64,000 bases of DNA from Bugula neritina (taxonomy: Eukaryota; Animalia; Bryozoa). Within the stretch, counting starts at the first letter, position 1; each line of letters starts with the position of its first letter. The position numbers and the translations under genes are program-made. Shown one piece after another: positions 13,210 through 25,931 of this stretch. The notes beneath the pieces were generated by a model that was not told the DNA's origin, did no database searches, and was given only the letters and a program-made list of their open reading frames with translations. Location of the stretch: NCBI GenBank assembly GCA_964035545.1, contig OZ037771.1, forward strand, positions 12,523,133-12,587,132. The letters are read 5' to 3'.

Positions 13210-14610
13210 TTTACTATATACTTTGCATATTACAATTTACGCCATAAAGTGGCAGTCTTCAAGAGTGCGTTTAGTCTAATTCTCTTCAACACATTGGTGA
13301 CAGGAGTAAGTAGACATTTTATGCATAAAAGCCATTGCAATGACAAATATTTACTATACTTTGCATATTACGCCATATAAAGTGGCGGTCTTCAAGAGTG
13401 CGTTTAGTCTAATTCTCTTCAACACATTGGTGACAGGTGTAAGTAGACATTTTATGCATAAAAGCCATTGCAATGACAAATATTTACTATACTTTGCATA
13501 TTACGCCATATAAAGTGGCGGTCTTCAAGAGTGCATTTAGTCTTCAAGAGTGCGTTTAGTCTAATTCTCTTCAACACATTGGTGACAGGAGTAAGTAGAC
13601 ATTTTATGCATAAAAGCCATTGCAATGACAAATATTTACTATACTTTGCATATTACGCCATATAAAGTGGCAGTCTTCAAGAGTGCGTTTAGTCTAATTC
13701 TCTTCAACACATTGGTGACAGGAGTAAGTAGACATTTTATGCATAAAAGCCATTGCAATGACAAATATTTACTATACTTTGCATATTACGCCATATAAAG
13801 TGGCGGTCTTCAAGAGTGCGTTTAGTCTAATTTTCTTCAACACATTGGTGACAGGAGTAAGTAGACATTTTATGCATAAAAGCCATTGCAATGACAAATA
13901 TTTACTACACTTTGCATATTACGCCATATAAAGTGGCAGTCTTCAAGAGTGCGTTTAGTCTAATTCTCTTCAACACATTGGTGACAGGTGTAAGTAGACA
14001 TTTTATGCATAAAAGTCATTGCAATGACAAATATTTACTATACTTTGCATATTACGCCATATAAAGTGGCGGTCTTCAAGAGTGCATTTAGTCTTCAAGA
14101 GTGCGTTTAGTCTAATTCTCTTCAACACATTGGTGACAGGAGTAAGTAGACATTTTATGCATAAAAGCCATTGCAATGACAAATATTTACTATACTTTGC
14201 ATATTACGCCATATAAAGTGGCAGTCTTCAAGAGTGCGTTTAGTCTAATTCTCTTCAACACATTGGTGACAGGAGTAAGTAGACATTTTATGCATAAAAG
14301 CCATTGCAATGACAAATATTTACTATATACTTTGCATATTACGCCATATAAAGTGGCGGTCTTCAAGAGTGCGCTTAGTCTAATTCTCTTCAACACATTG
14401 GTGACAGGTGTAAGTAGACATTTTATGCATAAAAGCCATTGCAATGACAAATATTTACTATACTTTGCATATTACGCCATATAAAGTGGCGGTCTTCAAG
14501 AGTGCGCTTAGTCTAATTCTCTTCAACACATTGGTGACAGGTGTAAGTAGACATTTTATGCATAAAAGTCATTGCAATGACAAATATTTACTATATACTT
14601 TGCATATTAA
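13210..14610. repeat. 133-bp satellite array, ~10 near-identical units
   Basis: tgacaaatatttac recurs at 13341, 13474, 13626, 13759, 13892, 14025, 14177, 14310, 14445 and 14578. Confidence 0.97.
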
Positions 14611-15079
14611 CACATTATGTGGATGGTTCAGTACGTAATCATAATTTATTTTATGGCTAGCACTTTTGCACATCAAACGTGTCATTTGAAGTTGTCTTTC
14701 CTTTTTATGACGATCGTTTTTATAATCTAATAGTGCTACTATAAAGATAAAGATAAGAGTGCTGTGCTATGCATATCTTGTCAAGCATTTGTATTCGAAG
14801 TATTCAAGTTGGTCACATAGTGTCACATCTGAAGTTTTCTGTAGTTGTTAGTATTCTGCTTTTATATTTACTACTGCAAACACATAGACTTACAATAAAG
14901 CATTTAGAATGGAGCAGACGATTCAAACGATTGCACAATAAAATAAAATAATTGCCTTTTACAAGATTAATGAAATACTAAGTTTATTTTGCTAGTTCAA
15001 AAAGCAATAGCAATAAATGAATACCACTATTCACAAGGCAAAATAAAAAAACCTTTCATAAGCATACTACAACCAAAAG

Positions 15080-15560
15080 TAGTTTTGCAAAAGAAGAAAT
15101 ACATGTTTCATACAAATCCCTTTAATCCAGTCTTCTTGAATTTGACAACAATAAAAACAAAATTTGAATAATTTGTTAATTGTAAATATTATTGGAAATA
15201 TCTTTTGCAGGGAAATGATATAAAATAATTCTCTTCAACACATTGGTGACAGGTGTAAGTAGACATTTTATGCATAAAAGCCATTGCAATGACAAATATT
15301 TACTATATACTTTGCATATTAACACATTATGTGGATGGTTCAGTACGTAATCATAATTTATTTTATGGCTAGCACTTTTGCACACCAAACGTGTTATTTG
15401 AAGTTGTCTTTAGTACTTTTGCAAAAGAAGAAATACATGTGTCATACAAATCCCTTTAATTCAGTCTTCTTGAATTTGACTACAATAAAAACAAAATTTG
15501 GATAATTTGTTAATTGTAAATATTATTGGAAATATCTTTTGCAGGGAAATGATATAAAAT
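15080..15560 (+). repeat. Local mosaic duplications next to the satellite
   Basis: ~15228-15410 copies ~14515-14700 (array end plus flank). ~15413-15560 copies ~15080-15228. Confidence 0.85.
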
Positions 15561-15899
15561 AGAAAGTTCCCTTAAGAACCTACCTTATACCATTTTAAGA
15601 ATTTCCAGTGCATCATGTTTGCGATAAACACATTGGTTATCTGAAGATATAAAAAATTTTATAGATTATTCAAACATTGCGTACTATGCATTACTTAAAA
15701 ATAGATTATGTAATTGAGAAATAGTTAATTAATACTCTTCCTCTTACGACATTTACACAACATTTTTTTTTTTTGATGGAAATAAAGAAAACAAACAAAA
15801 CAAAACAAACAAACATTATGTTCTCTTCTCCCACCTTTAAACATCCACGGTGTCAAACTTATGGCTCTTTGGCCACCAACAAGGCTTGTGTTTTTCAGC

Positions 15900-17571
15900 A
15901 CCCCAGCATGCAACTGGACATAATATTAGCTCTTCAATATTCTTATTCAAAATTCATTTTCTTTTACAAAAGTCGATGTCAAATTCTTAAATATAATGTT
16001 TATACTACTACAACTACTACCACAAGTCACAACTACTACTACAGTTGCTACTATTACTGCTACTACTACTATTACAACTGCTACTATTACAACAGCTACT
16101 GCAACAGTTAGTGCAACAGCTACTGCAACACTACAGCAACAGCTACACAACAGCTACAGCATCAACAAACACAGCAATAACAACCACAACAACTACCACA
16201 ACAACAATAACAGCCACTACAACAACAACCCATAACAACAACCACAACATTAACAACAGCAACCACAACAACAACAACCCACAACAACAGCAACCACAAC
16301 CCACAACAACTACAACAACAGCAACCACAACAACCATCACAACAGCAACCACAACAACAACAACCACCACAACAACAGCAACCACCACAACAGCAACCAC
16401 CACAACAACCACCACTACAACAACAACCACAACAACAGCAACCACAACAACAGCAACAGCAACCACAACAACCACCACTACAACAACAACCACAACAACA
16501 GCAAACACAACAACAGCAACCACCACAACAACAACCACCACTACAACAACCACCACAACAACAACCACCACAACAACCACCACAAGAACAGCACCCACCA
16601 CAACAACCATCACAACAACAGCAACCACCACAACAGCAACCATCATAACAACAACTCACAACAACAGCAACAGCAATCATCACAACAACAGCAACCACAA
16701 CAACCAGTACAACAACAACAGCAACCACCACAACAACAGCAACCACAACAGCAACCACAACAACAACCACCACAACAGCAACCACAACAACTACACTAAC
16801 GACCACCACCAAAACAATAACAACCGCAACTACTACAACAACCACAACAACAACAACCACAACAACAACAACCACAACAAAAACAACCACAACAAAAACA
16901 TCCACAACAACAGCAACCATAACAACTACACCAACAACTACAACAATAACAACAACAACTACTACAGCAACAAAAACCACAACAATAGCAACCATAACAA
17001 CAACAACCACAACAGCAACCACAGCAACAGCAACCACAACAACAACAACCACACCAACAGCAACCACAACAAAAACAACAGCAACCACAACAACAACCAC
17101 TAGTGGCGGCAGCAGCAGTAGACTAGTAATAGTAGGGGTTCCTGTCGCACACATGGTACACAAGTCGTTTCATACATAAAATAAATTATTAATTAATCCT
17201 CAAAAATATTAAATAAATTAAATAATTATCAAAAAATATGTGTATGAAGTTACTGACACCCCACTAGTAGGCCTAGTATTACTACTAGTACTATTAGTAT
17301 CAGTACTACTACTAGACGTACTAGTATTATAAATGTAAGTGTAGTACTACTACAACCACTACTACCACCACCACTACTACTAATGCTACCACCACTACTA
17401 CCACCACCTCTACTACTACTGCTACCGCTACTACTGCTGCTACCGCTGCTACTGCTGCTACCGCTGCTACCGCTACTACCGCTACTACTGCTGCCGCTAC
17501 TACTGCTGCCGCTACTACTGCTGCCGCTACTACTGCTGCCGCTACTACTGCTGCCGCTACTGCTGCTGCCG

Positions 17572-17607
<36 letters not shown>

Positions 17608-18123
17608 GTACTACTACTACTACTCCTACTACCAATACTACTAGTACTACTACCACTACCACTAGCACTACTACTTCTACTTCTAGTCGTTTACTAGTGC
17701 TATTATTAGTACTGAGCAGTAGTAGTAGCACTAGTAAACGACTAGAAGTAGACTCAAACTTAAAGTTAGGATTTGCTCACAACTGCTATTGCTTACATTT
17801 AACCTAGGGGAGCGAGTGGCAAAATAATTATTATGGTATAGTAGTAGCTTAAAGTTAGTATAACTATATTAATTTAATAGTCAGGTCAACAATCGAAGTT
17901 AAAATCTCTGTAGAGCTATTTGAATGTAAGCCCTTTAAAATTAATGCGGCTCCTTCGAGACGCCTTCTCATTCTGTTGATGTCAAGGTTGAATGTTATAG
18001 CGGGATTCCAACAACTTCCTAGTAGAATTCCTTTAGGCCTTGCATTGTCAGCCGAAACTTTTACTTTTTTATACGCGCTAAGACACTGTGTGTCTACGCC
18101 ACTTTCTGGCGTTAATACATACA
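15900..18123 (-). repeat. Right arm of the long inverted repeat, expanded by simple repeats
   Basis: Reverse complement of 7353-8510, with (CAA/CAC/CAG)n at ~16005-17100 and (TAC/TGC)n at ~17340-17730 expanded. Confidence 0.85.
16005..17100. repeat. Compound (CAA/CAC/CAG)n trinucleotide expansion
   Basis: Seen directly. It produces spurious poly-T/N/V ORFs. Confidence 0.95.
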
Positions 18124-18239
18124 TGATCATTTCGATTGAGTGAATCTCACTTTTAAACTTTGTTTTTTGTCCTGCTTTATATCTCAAGCAACTACATTTT
18201 TATTTAATTGTGTTCTCTATCATCTCTACTTCGTTGAAC

Positions 18240-18812
18240 ATGTCGAATTCTCCGTGTCCTAAGCAAACTAAGGGTCAAAGAAGCAAGACCACTGGGTCTC
18301 GGTGTTATGCATACAATTGCCGCAACTACCAGTATGAGTACTGCAGTTACAGTAAAGACAAAAAAAATCTCTTTTCACAAGTAAGTATATGGCTTTAGTT
18401 ACAAAAATCAGTAAAAGTAATACATTAACTAGCGTAACAGTAGGCTTAATAGTTGTGGTAGCGGTGCTGCTGCCTACTAGTAGTACTCTACTACTACTAG
18501 TACTACTGTACACTCTGTACTACTAGTACTAGTAGTAGTAGTAGTAATAGCTAAGCCTAAGGCTAATGGCTAATGTTATACTTACAGTATCAGTATGATA
18601 GTACTACTACTACTACTGCTGCTACTGCTGCTACTACTACTACTAGCCTACCACTACTACTACTACTAGCCTACTGCTACTACTAGTACTACTACTAGCC
18701 TACTGTTACTACTAGTACTACTACTAGTACTACTAGCCTACTGCTACTACTACTAGCCTACTGCTACTACTACTAGCCTACTGCTACTACCACTACTAGC
18801 CTACTGCTACTG

Positions 18813-18884
<72 letters not shown>

Positions 18885-18944
18885 GCCTACTGCTACTACT
18901 ACTACTAGCCTACTGCTACTACCACTACTAGCCTACTGCTACTG

Positions 18945-18989
<45 letters not shown>

Positions 18990-19155
18990 GCCTACTGCTA
19001 CTACTACTACTAGCCTACTACTACTAGCCTACTGCTACTACTACTACTAGCCTACTGCTACTACTACTACTAGCCTACTGCTACTACTACTACTACTACT
19101 AGCCTACTGCTACTATTACTACTAGCCTACTGCTACTACTACTACTAGCCTACTG

Positions 19156-19197
<42 letters not shown>

Positions 19198-19260
19198 GCC
19201 TACTGCTACTACTACTACTACTACTACTAGCCTACTGCTACTACCACTACTAGCCTACTG

Positions 19261-19293
<33 letters not shown>

Positions 19294-19468
19294 GCCTACT
19301 GCTACTACTACTACTAGCCTACTACTACTAGCCTACTGCTACTACTACTACTAGCCTACTGCTACTACTACTACTAGCCTACTGCTACTACTACTACTAC
19401 TACTACTACTACTAGCCTACTGCTACTATTACTACTAGCCTACTGCTACTACTACTACTAGCCTACTG

Positions 19469-19501
<33 letters not shown>

Positions 19502-20800
19502 GCCTACTACTACTACTAGCCTACTGCTACTACTACCACTACTAGTAGAGCGCTACTTTGGCAATGCAGTTATAATTGAGTGTTGAACTAATATCTTCAT
19601 TGTGTCATCTACTCAGGTGTCTCTTGCTACCCAGTTGCTGTCAGCTTCAGTGGCTGACTCACTAGATACGCTGAAACAGTTGGGACTCTCTAAATTCCAG
19701 CAGTGTGATGCTACCATCAACTTCATTAGGGTTTGTTACAGCTTTTGGTTTTATTTCTTTAAAATACTGTAACTGCAATCGTCCCATGTTCTGCTGATGT
19801 TACTTTTTCTGTAGCGAGTTGATCGGTTGTTTGACATCCTGAATAGTCGATCAGCAATAGCTAAAGGCTACAAGCAGCCTTTACATCTAAATGGTATCAG
19901 TGTCATCACTCCTTTTCTGAAAGATACACGGCAATATTTGCTAGGCCTAAAGAATAATGAAGGGATACCTCTGTACAAGACCAAAAGGTAGATTTCCTAT
20001 TAACATAGAAAGTGTTACTTGCTTATATTTCAGATCTAATATGTGCCTGTCCCTATTTGTGTTATTTACAGACATGTTTGTATTACTGGACTTGTATGTG
20101 CCATTGACACAGTATTTGGGTTGGTGGAGACACTGTTGGTGCCTAAAACGCTCGACTATCTGCTAATGTATAAATTTTCGCAAGATCCTATAGAGCTGTG
20201 GTATGCTATAGCTCTAAACAGCTATGCATGAAGCCCAGTCTGCATGCACTTATGTTAAGATTTTCATTTGTTCTCTTACTCTCTTATCTCTTTCCTTCAG
20301 GTGTTCGGTTTTTCACTTTGCTTTGATAGTTGCAACTAAGATGGTCGGTTGGACCAACTGTGTTGAAAAGTGAATTTTTTTGCATGAGCTTAGCGGTTAA
20401 AATGCATGCAACATGAAGTATATTTTATTAACTTTTGAATACCAAGAGACAAAGATGATAAATTTTCAAAAATTTCCAAAACTGTGGTGTCAAAGCAATT
20501 GTGCATTTTTTAATTAAATGACTTTTTTGGCTTAATTGCATGCAAGGTTTTGCTTGTGTTCTAAAAAACATCATTTTTTCTGGGTAAACATAATCCAATC
20601 ATTAATTGTGAACAGGCAATTGATGTCCAAGCATTTTTTTAATATCTGTTTTAGGTGGATGGAATAATAACGCATCTGTAACTGGCTTTCAGTCTATCTT
20701 TAGAAAATTGGTGACCTGATGTGGTGTACATCCAGGCAACTCAGGAAATTCTAAGCCATTAGATAGCACAACTGCTATTCATGGAGACATCATTAGGCAT
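18240..20800 (+). pseudogene. Spliced P-element/THAP9-like transposase remnant
   Basis: Exons: 18240-18380 (THAP-like RCYAYNCRN...[-1 slip]KKISFH), 19617-19730 (VSLATQLLSASVADSL...ATINFIR), 19815-19987 (DRLFDILNSRSAIAKGYKQPL), 20072-20200 (YLLMYKFSQDPIELW), and 20655 onward (GWNNNASVTGFQSIFRKL, TGA at 20717-20719). The middle of the protein is missing. Confidence 0.88.
18600..19545. repeat. (TAC)n / TAGCCTACTGC compound microsatellite
   Basis: Seen directly. It lies inside the transposase remnant. Confidence 0.95.
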
Positions 20801-20982
20801 CGAAAATCACCATTTCTCCCTTTTAAATTTACTCATTGAAGTATATTATGACTTATTTCAGCACCACATTGCTAAACTAACAAATATTGCTATGCACAAA
20901 CTAAATTTCAGGCAATGTAGCAACAAAAGTGTACTGTTTAGAGGCCAGTAATAAGGATGTGGGTAATTAATCGTTAAGAAGT

Positions 20983-21154
20983 TATTCACTGCGTTTCCAT
21001 GACTGCGCATAATGCGAATGAATGCTTCGTACGGATTATTTGTGGTTTGTGGTTTGCAACAACTTATAGTTGCGGTTTCATTCGATGTAACTGTTTCCAT
21101 TAGCCGAATGAAAAAATCCATTCGCATAATGCGATAATGGAAACGCAGTGAATA
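20983..21154. mobile_element. ~170-bp MITE family, copy 1
   Basis: TIR TTCACTGCGTTTCCAT...ATGGAAACGCAGTGAA flanked by TA. The core tttcattcgatg(t/c)aactgtt is shared with 47438-47583 and 53978-54142. Confidence 0.8.
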
Positions 21155-22709
21155 CAACAGTATTTATATTATAACATTAGATGATAACAAATATTGTTAT
21201 TGCAATATAATATTATTTTCTGTTTATTCTGTAATTCTATTTTAATCACTTATTGCTTTCAGATTAGCACTTGAAAACAGAATTTAAAACTTTGAAAGGT
21301 TTAAGGAAATCTGTTACTTGCCTGTGTTGTAAAGCTGTGTCTTACCACCGGTTTTTTTATATTATTTATAAACTTTTATACATGTTATCCTTACTGTCAG
21401 TGTTCATGTACTAAGGCTGAAATTTGCTTTGCTGTTGCTTTTCATTTCATTTTGACTAATGTGTTGATCTAATCAATAAATATGTAATGCATTTGTTAGG
21501 TTATTGAAGTTATTATCATATATACTTGAAGTACATGCTTCATAAAATGATAATTAGTCATGAAATTACAAATACCAAAAGTAAAATAAACAAAATAATT
21601 GTTTCAAACTGACTAGACATCCATCCACTTTCCGATTCACATTTTGCTGCACCTGCAGTAAAACTAGTGTGTGGAGTAAAAATGTTACCATTATGTGGTG
21701 TAACAATGTTACCATTTATGAGATAATAAACTTTTTTCAATATGAGTAAGGTTTTCTTTATTTAAATTGCTCTTAATCAGCAAAAATTGCTATTGCTATT
21801 TACAAATTTTATAAAAGTTGTCTTATATTAGCAAAACTGTGCCATTATATAGTCAGGTTACATATAAAAGCTACATGAATGGTATATAAAGTATACTAGT
21901 TTTAAATATATCATTTAATAAAACTTTTTATAAGTTACACTGAACATCAACATGTATACTTGTAATTTGGTAATTTTATACTTTTTGTATATACAAGGCA
22001 TATTATAATATATAATGAATGTATCATATAATATGTGTGCATGTGTATATAATAATTATATTAGAATTTATATTGTAAATTGTTTTATATAAATCCTTCA
22101 ACATTATTGGAATATACATTCAAAGCCGCATACAATAAATACATGACTCATATAATATAGTTTTGTATTAATCAGGCTAATTATGTATATAAATAAAGCA
22201 AATTTTTAGAATGATTAATTATTTACTAACCTAACCCGATGAGGCCAGCCAAAAATAGCAGCACCAAAGTTTTAGATTGACTACTGCACACCATACTTTG
22301 CTCTGTGCTCATAGCCAGGAAACTTAAAGGGTTATGATAAAAAGGGTACGTGCCCTACCTTCTATAGTATATTGCAGTAGAACTCCTTAAACATACATGC
22401 AGTGACATGTGACACATCTCTCATGATATCATATTGATAACTATACATGGTATCCTTACAACTTACATCATGGACATCAGCTAAGGAAATTAACAAGTTT
22501 TATTGCAATACAAAATATCCATTAGATATATCTATCAACATATTGCAAACCAGTTTCTTATGATCTGTTGCAACAATTTGCTTGCTTGAAAAAGACTTTT
22601 TGTGCATTAATTAATTTTCATTTTTTATAGTGTAGGCAAATGTTGAAATTGCTCATCTTATTTTTGAATTAAACAATTTTTGTTTTAATTATCAGGCAAT
22701 TATATAATC

Positions 22710-22802
<93 letters not shown>

Positions 22803-23212
22803 CATATTTGTAAATTATAACTTTGCAGGAAATATTTGTGGTTGTTCATGTTTCTCTAAACTTATAATTCTTAAAATCTTATAACAGAATTTGCATTTGC
22901 TATTTAGAAATACAGAATTCAATTTGTGAGTACAATTCATCATCATACTAGATTAAAGCAGGTTTTATGTTGCATATTTTAATTTATGAAAACTACAAAA
23001 GAATGCTATAGCGTTATGCCAACACAATAAGTTACAATTATAGCTGCACAAATCAATTTAAACATCCATAATAAGTTTACAAAATATAGCAGCAGTGATT
23101 AATCAAAGACCGCTGAGTTTTTCAAAAAAGTAAACTGGATATATGTGAGCTAGATAATGGTTGACAGTTGTAAGCTAACAGCATAAACTAAGGTTTTTAT
23201 GCATGTAGATGC

Positions 23213-23397
23213 TAATTAAGGTTTCACCCCAGATAGAAGTTTCCCAGTTAGACGCTAGGCCCCAACCTTCCCCCATCTCTCTCCAGAAAATGCATATATT
23301 GCGCCAAAATAAATAGCCAAGTGGGAAGGGTCTAAGAGGGGAATTCAGCTAAGCGTTTAACTGGGAAGCGTCTATCTGGCATGACACTTCTAATTAA
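23213..23397. mobile_element. Degenerate palindromic MITE
   Basis: ccagatagaagtttcccagttagacgctag pairs imperfectly with ctaagcgtttaactgggaagcgtctatctgg. taatta lies at both ends. Confidence 0.6.
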
Positions 23398-24129
23398 AAG
23401 CTAAAACAAATGTTTATATAGCCCCACTAATTCTATAGACAACATTATGTTCTGTAGTTGTTACTGCATGAGTGCCTACCAAAAACCTTTCCTATTTATA
23501 GTGACACATAAATATGTTATATGATGCATGGTAATACTGACAACTTATCAAAGGTGCAATAATGACTCATTACACAACAAATAATACATGGACAAGCTAG
23601 TCTTATATAAAAGATATTTTGATGGCGTTGGCTTTCAAAGATTTTGACTTAATGGTTGAACCCTCAACTTTACTATAAAATGACAAAGATATTATTTGCA
23701 TAAAAATTACTATTCTTCTTAAAACTATGGCCAAATTACAAATAGATTTTGAAAGATTTTTTTTTATATAATTATAGACATGTGTATACATACATTTTAA
23801 ATATTTTATTCATAAACAAAACTATCCTGATATTTTCAACAACAGCTTACATTTTATTACGAATTGCCATAAAAACACACAGTTTCGGCAAATATATGAA
23901 GCATTTTACAATATGACATAATAATACACATTCACAATCATAAATAAACAAAGACAACAAATGATATAGATTCAATTCGAAATATGCATTTTGTAGTGTT
24001 GAGTTTAGGTAGTAATCTATTGCAGTAATTATCTATACAACACAACAGCATTGAAGAAAATACACAAGTACAATATGAAGTTACTGTTTACTTAGACTTA
24101 GTGTAAACCCATGCAGCTAATTATCACGT

Positions 24130-25931
24130 TTAATAACCATGAATTTCAATCTCATGCAGGCCTAAGCTTGTTTTAGCATTAAACAGAATCTGAGCAAAGC
24201 GGCCACTGATTGGTTGATCACATGTAATCAGAGTGTAGTATCTGTTGAGATAACCATCAACATATTTACACAGAACTTCTCTGTTAGATCCCGTAAACTC
24301 TATATCTTCCTCTACCATAGCAACTGTTACTTCTGTGTTCTCCGATTTCTTGCTGGAAAGTGTAGCTAAAAATACATAACTCTTATAAACTAAATTTCAA
24401 TTTGCATCACAATACAAATCTCTCAACATTATGCCAAGATTTTAAATGACATAAATCATTTTATTATAAAAATTGTTTTTTTATATTATTTAGCCAAACA
24501 ACAACAATTTAACATAACTAGAAACGCCTTAAAAATTTATTTCTAAATATTTATTAAATATTCAGGTACTCTTTTGCCAGAGGCTAAATACTATATTCAA
24601 ATAAGAGAAAATATTATATATGATAATTTAGTATAATATATTAGAATGAAACTCACACAAAGAAAACCCCTAATAAGTACATATATAACAACCACATTAA
24701 CATGCTAATTATGCTAATAGAATTTAAACTTGTTAATAAAATGTTTTGCATTTTACAAATCCTTTTTAAAGTAAACTATCAAAGCAGTTTGTAAATTTTT
24801 GTTGAGGCTGTCGTGTATAATATTCATTAAAGGGAAATTGTATTTAAATTATTAAAATATGATTGAGAAGTATGTCAGAAAAATATCATACTTTAAAAAA
24901 GGTTGCTGCTGGTAATTATGGTTATTATCAAAGCTAAAACTTGAGTATAGTACATGTTTCATCAACAAAACTGCATAATACAATTGAATTTACATTTAAA
25001 ACGATTTAAAATGTTGACAGCCCAGACACAGTGCACATCTCCCAGGTCTACTCTCCACCATGGTCTAGTTTGAAATTTGCTGTTTGCCAGAGAATCCAAT
25101 TCATTTGATAGCTCATACAGTCCATCAACAGCGGCTGTGGCTTTATACTTGGGCATAAGAACAGATGACAGTTTTGCTGATTTATCTAGATAAAAATATG
25201 GAGCTATATTTTTAAAGCTGAATTGTAGCCTAAACTAAATCTTAGCTATAGAAAAAAATGTCAATTTCATACTTTTCAACTGCAAAAGAGATTCTTTTCA
25301 TTACCCACGCATTCAATCATTGGCAAAATTTATCATTAGCAATAGATTATTCTTCTGGAAGCAAAAATAAACAAATCATTTAAAATAAAATAAAATAAAA
25401 AAGTTTTAGCGGATAAAATGAATTTACTCACTCCTAGCCAGTAATTTGCTAAAACTTTCTCCAACATCTGCTCTGATGTAGAAATCAGAGTCATCTCCCT
25501 GTCCTACAGCATACAGATTAGGATTAACACATGTTTTAACAGAGCACTTCTTGGTTAGCCAATCAAATGTGAATCCATTGCATTCTTCTCTTCTCATGCA
25601 ATCAAAACCACAGTAGCTGGTGGAAATAGCTGTCCCAGAGTCATGTTGTGAAATGTTGGAGAGAGATTCTGGCATGACATAACTCTTGTAGAGTGCAGTC
25701 TGGTAACCAAATGCAGCCAGAGCTGTGAGCCCCATCAATAGTACTGCAAAACATAAACAAGCTTAAGTCTTTTCAGTTGATGAACGTAACACAAAATATA
25801 GTACAATAAAAGCGTAAAGTACTTTAATGTGCATGTTTCTTAGTGCATACTTCTTTTTACCAACAATTAAAAAACTTAACAATAAGCAAATCAAACATAC
25901 CTGTTCTAAATTTCAACAATCTCATTCCCAT
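24130..25931 (-). CDS. Secreted PAN/Apple + F-type lectin domain protein, copy 2, 256 aa, 4 exons
   Basis: Exons 25931-25901, 25743-25432, 25185-24994 and 24365-24130, all intact. It differs from copy 1 at three residues seen (LTF>LKF, IRT>IRA, YTR>YTL). Confidence 0.85.

Noticed and set aside
13210-14610. CRISPR-like array or repeated protein ORFs
   Set aside because: Head-to-tail identical units with no unique spacers, in a eukaryotic context; the ORFs shift frame every unit.
15996-17731. Long poly-Thr/Asn/Val/Leu ORFs (up to 352 aa) resembling mucins or membrane proteins
   Set aside because: They are open in several frames on both strands because of stop-free triplet repeats, and the homologous inverted arm lacks the expansion.
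20717-20719. In-frame TGA as selenocysteine or readthrough
   Set aside because: The remnant has other lesions, and a nonsense mutation (for example CGA>TGA) is simpler.
7220-22431. Whole inter-duplicate interval as a single P element
   Set aside because: CATCGAACTCAATAATA at 7220 looks terminus-like, but I found no matching inverted end or TSD near 22.3-22.4 kb.
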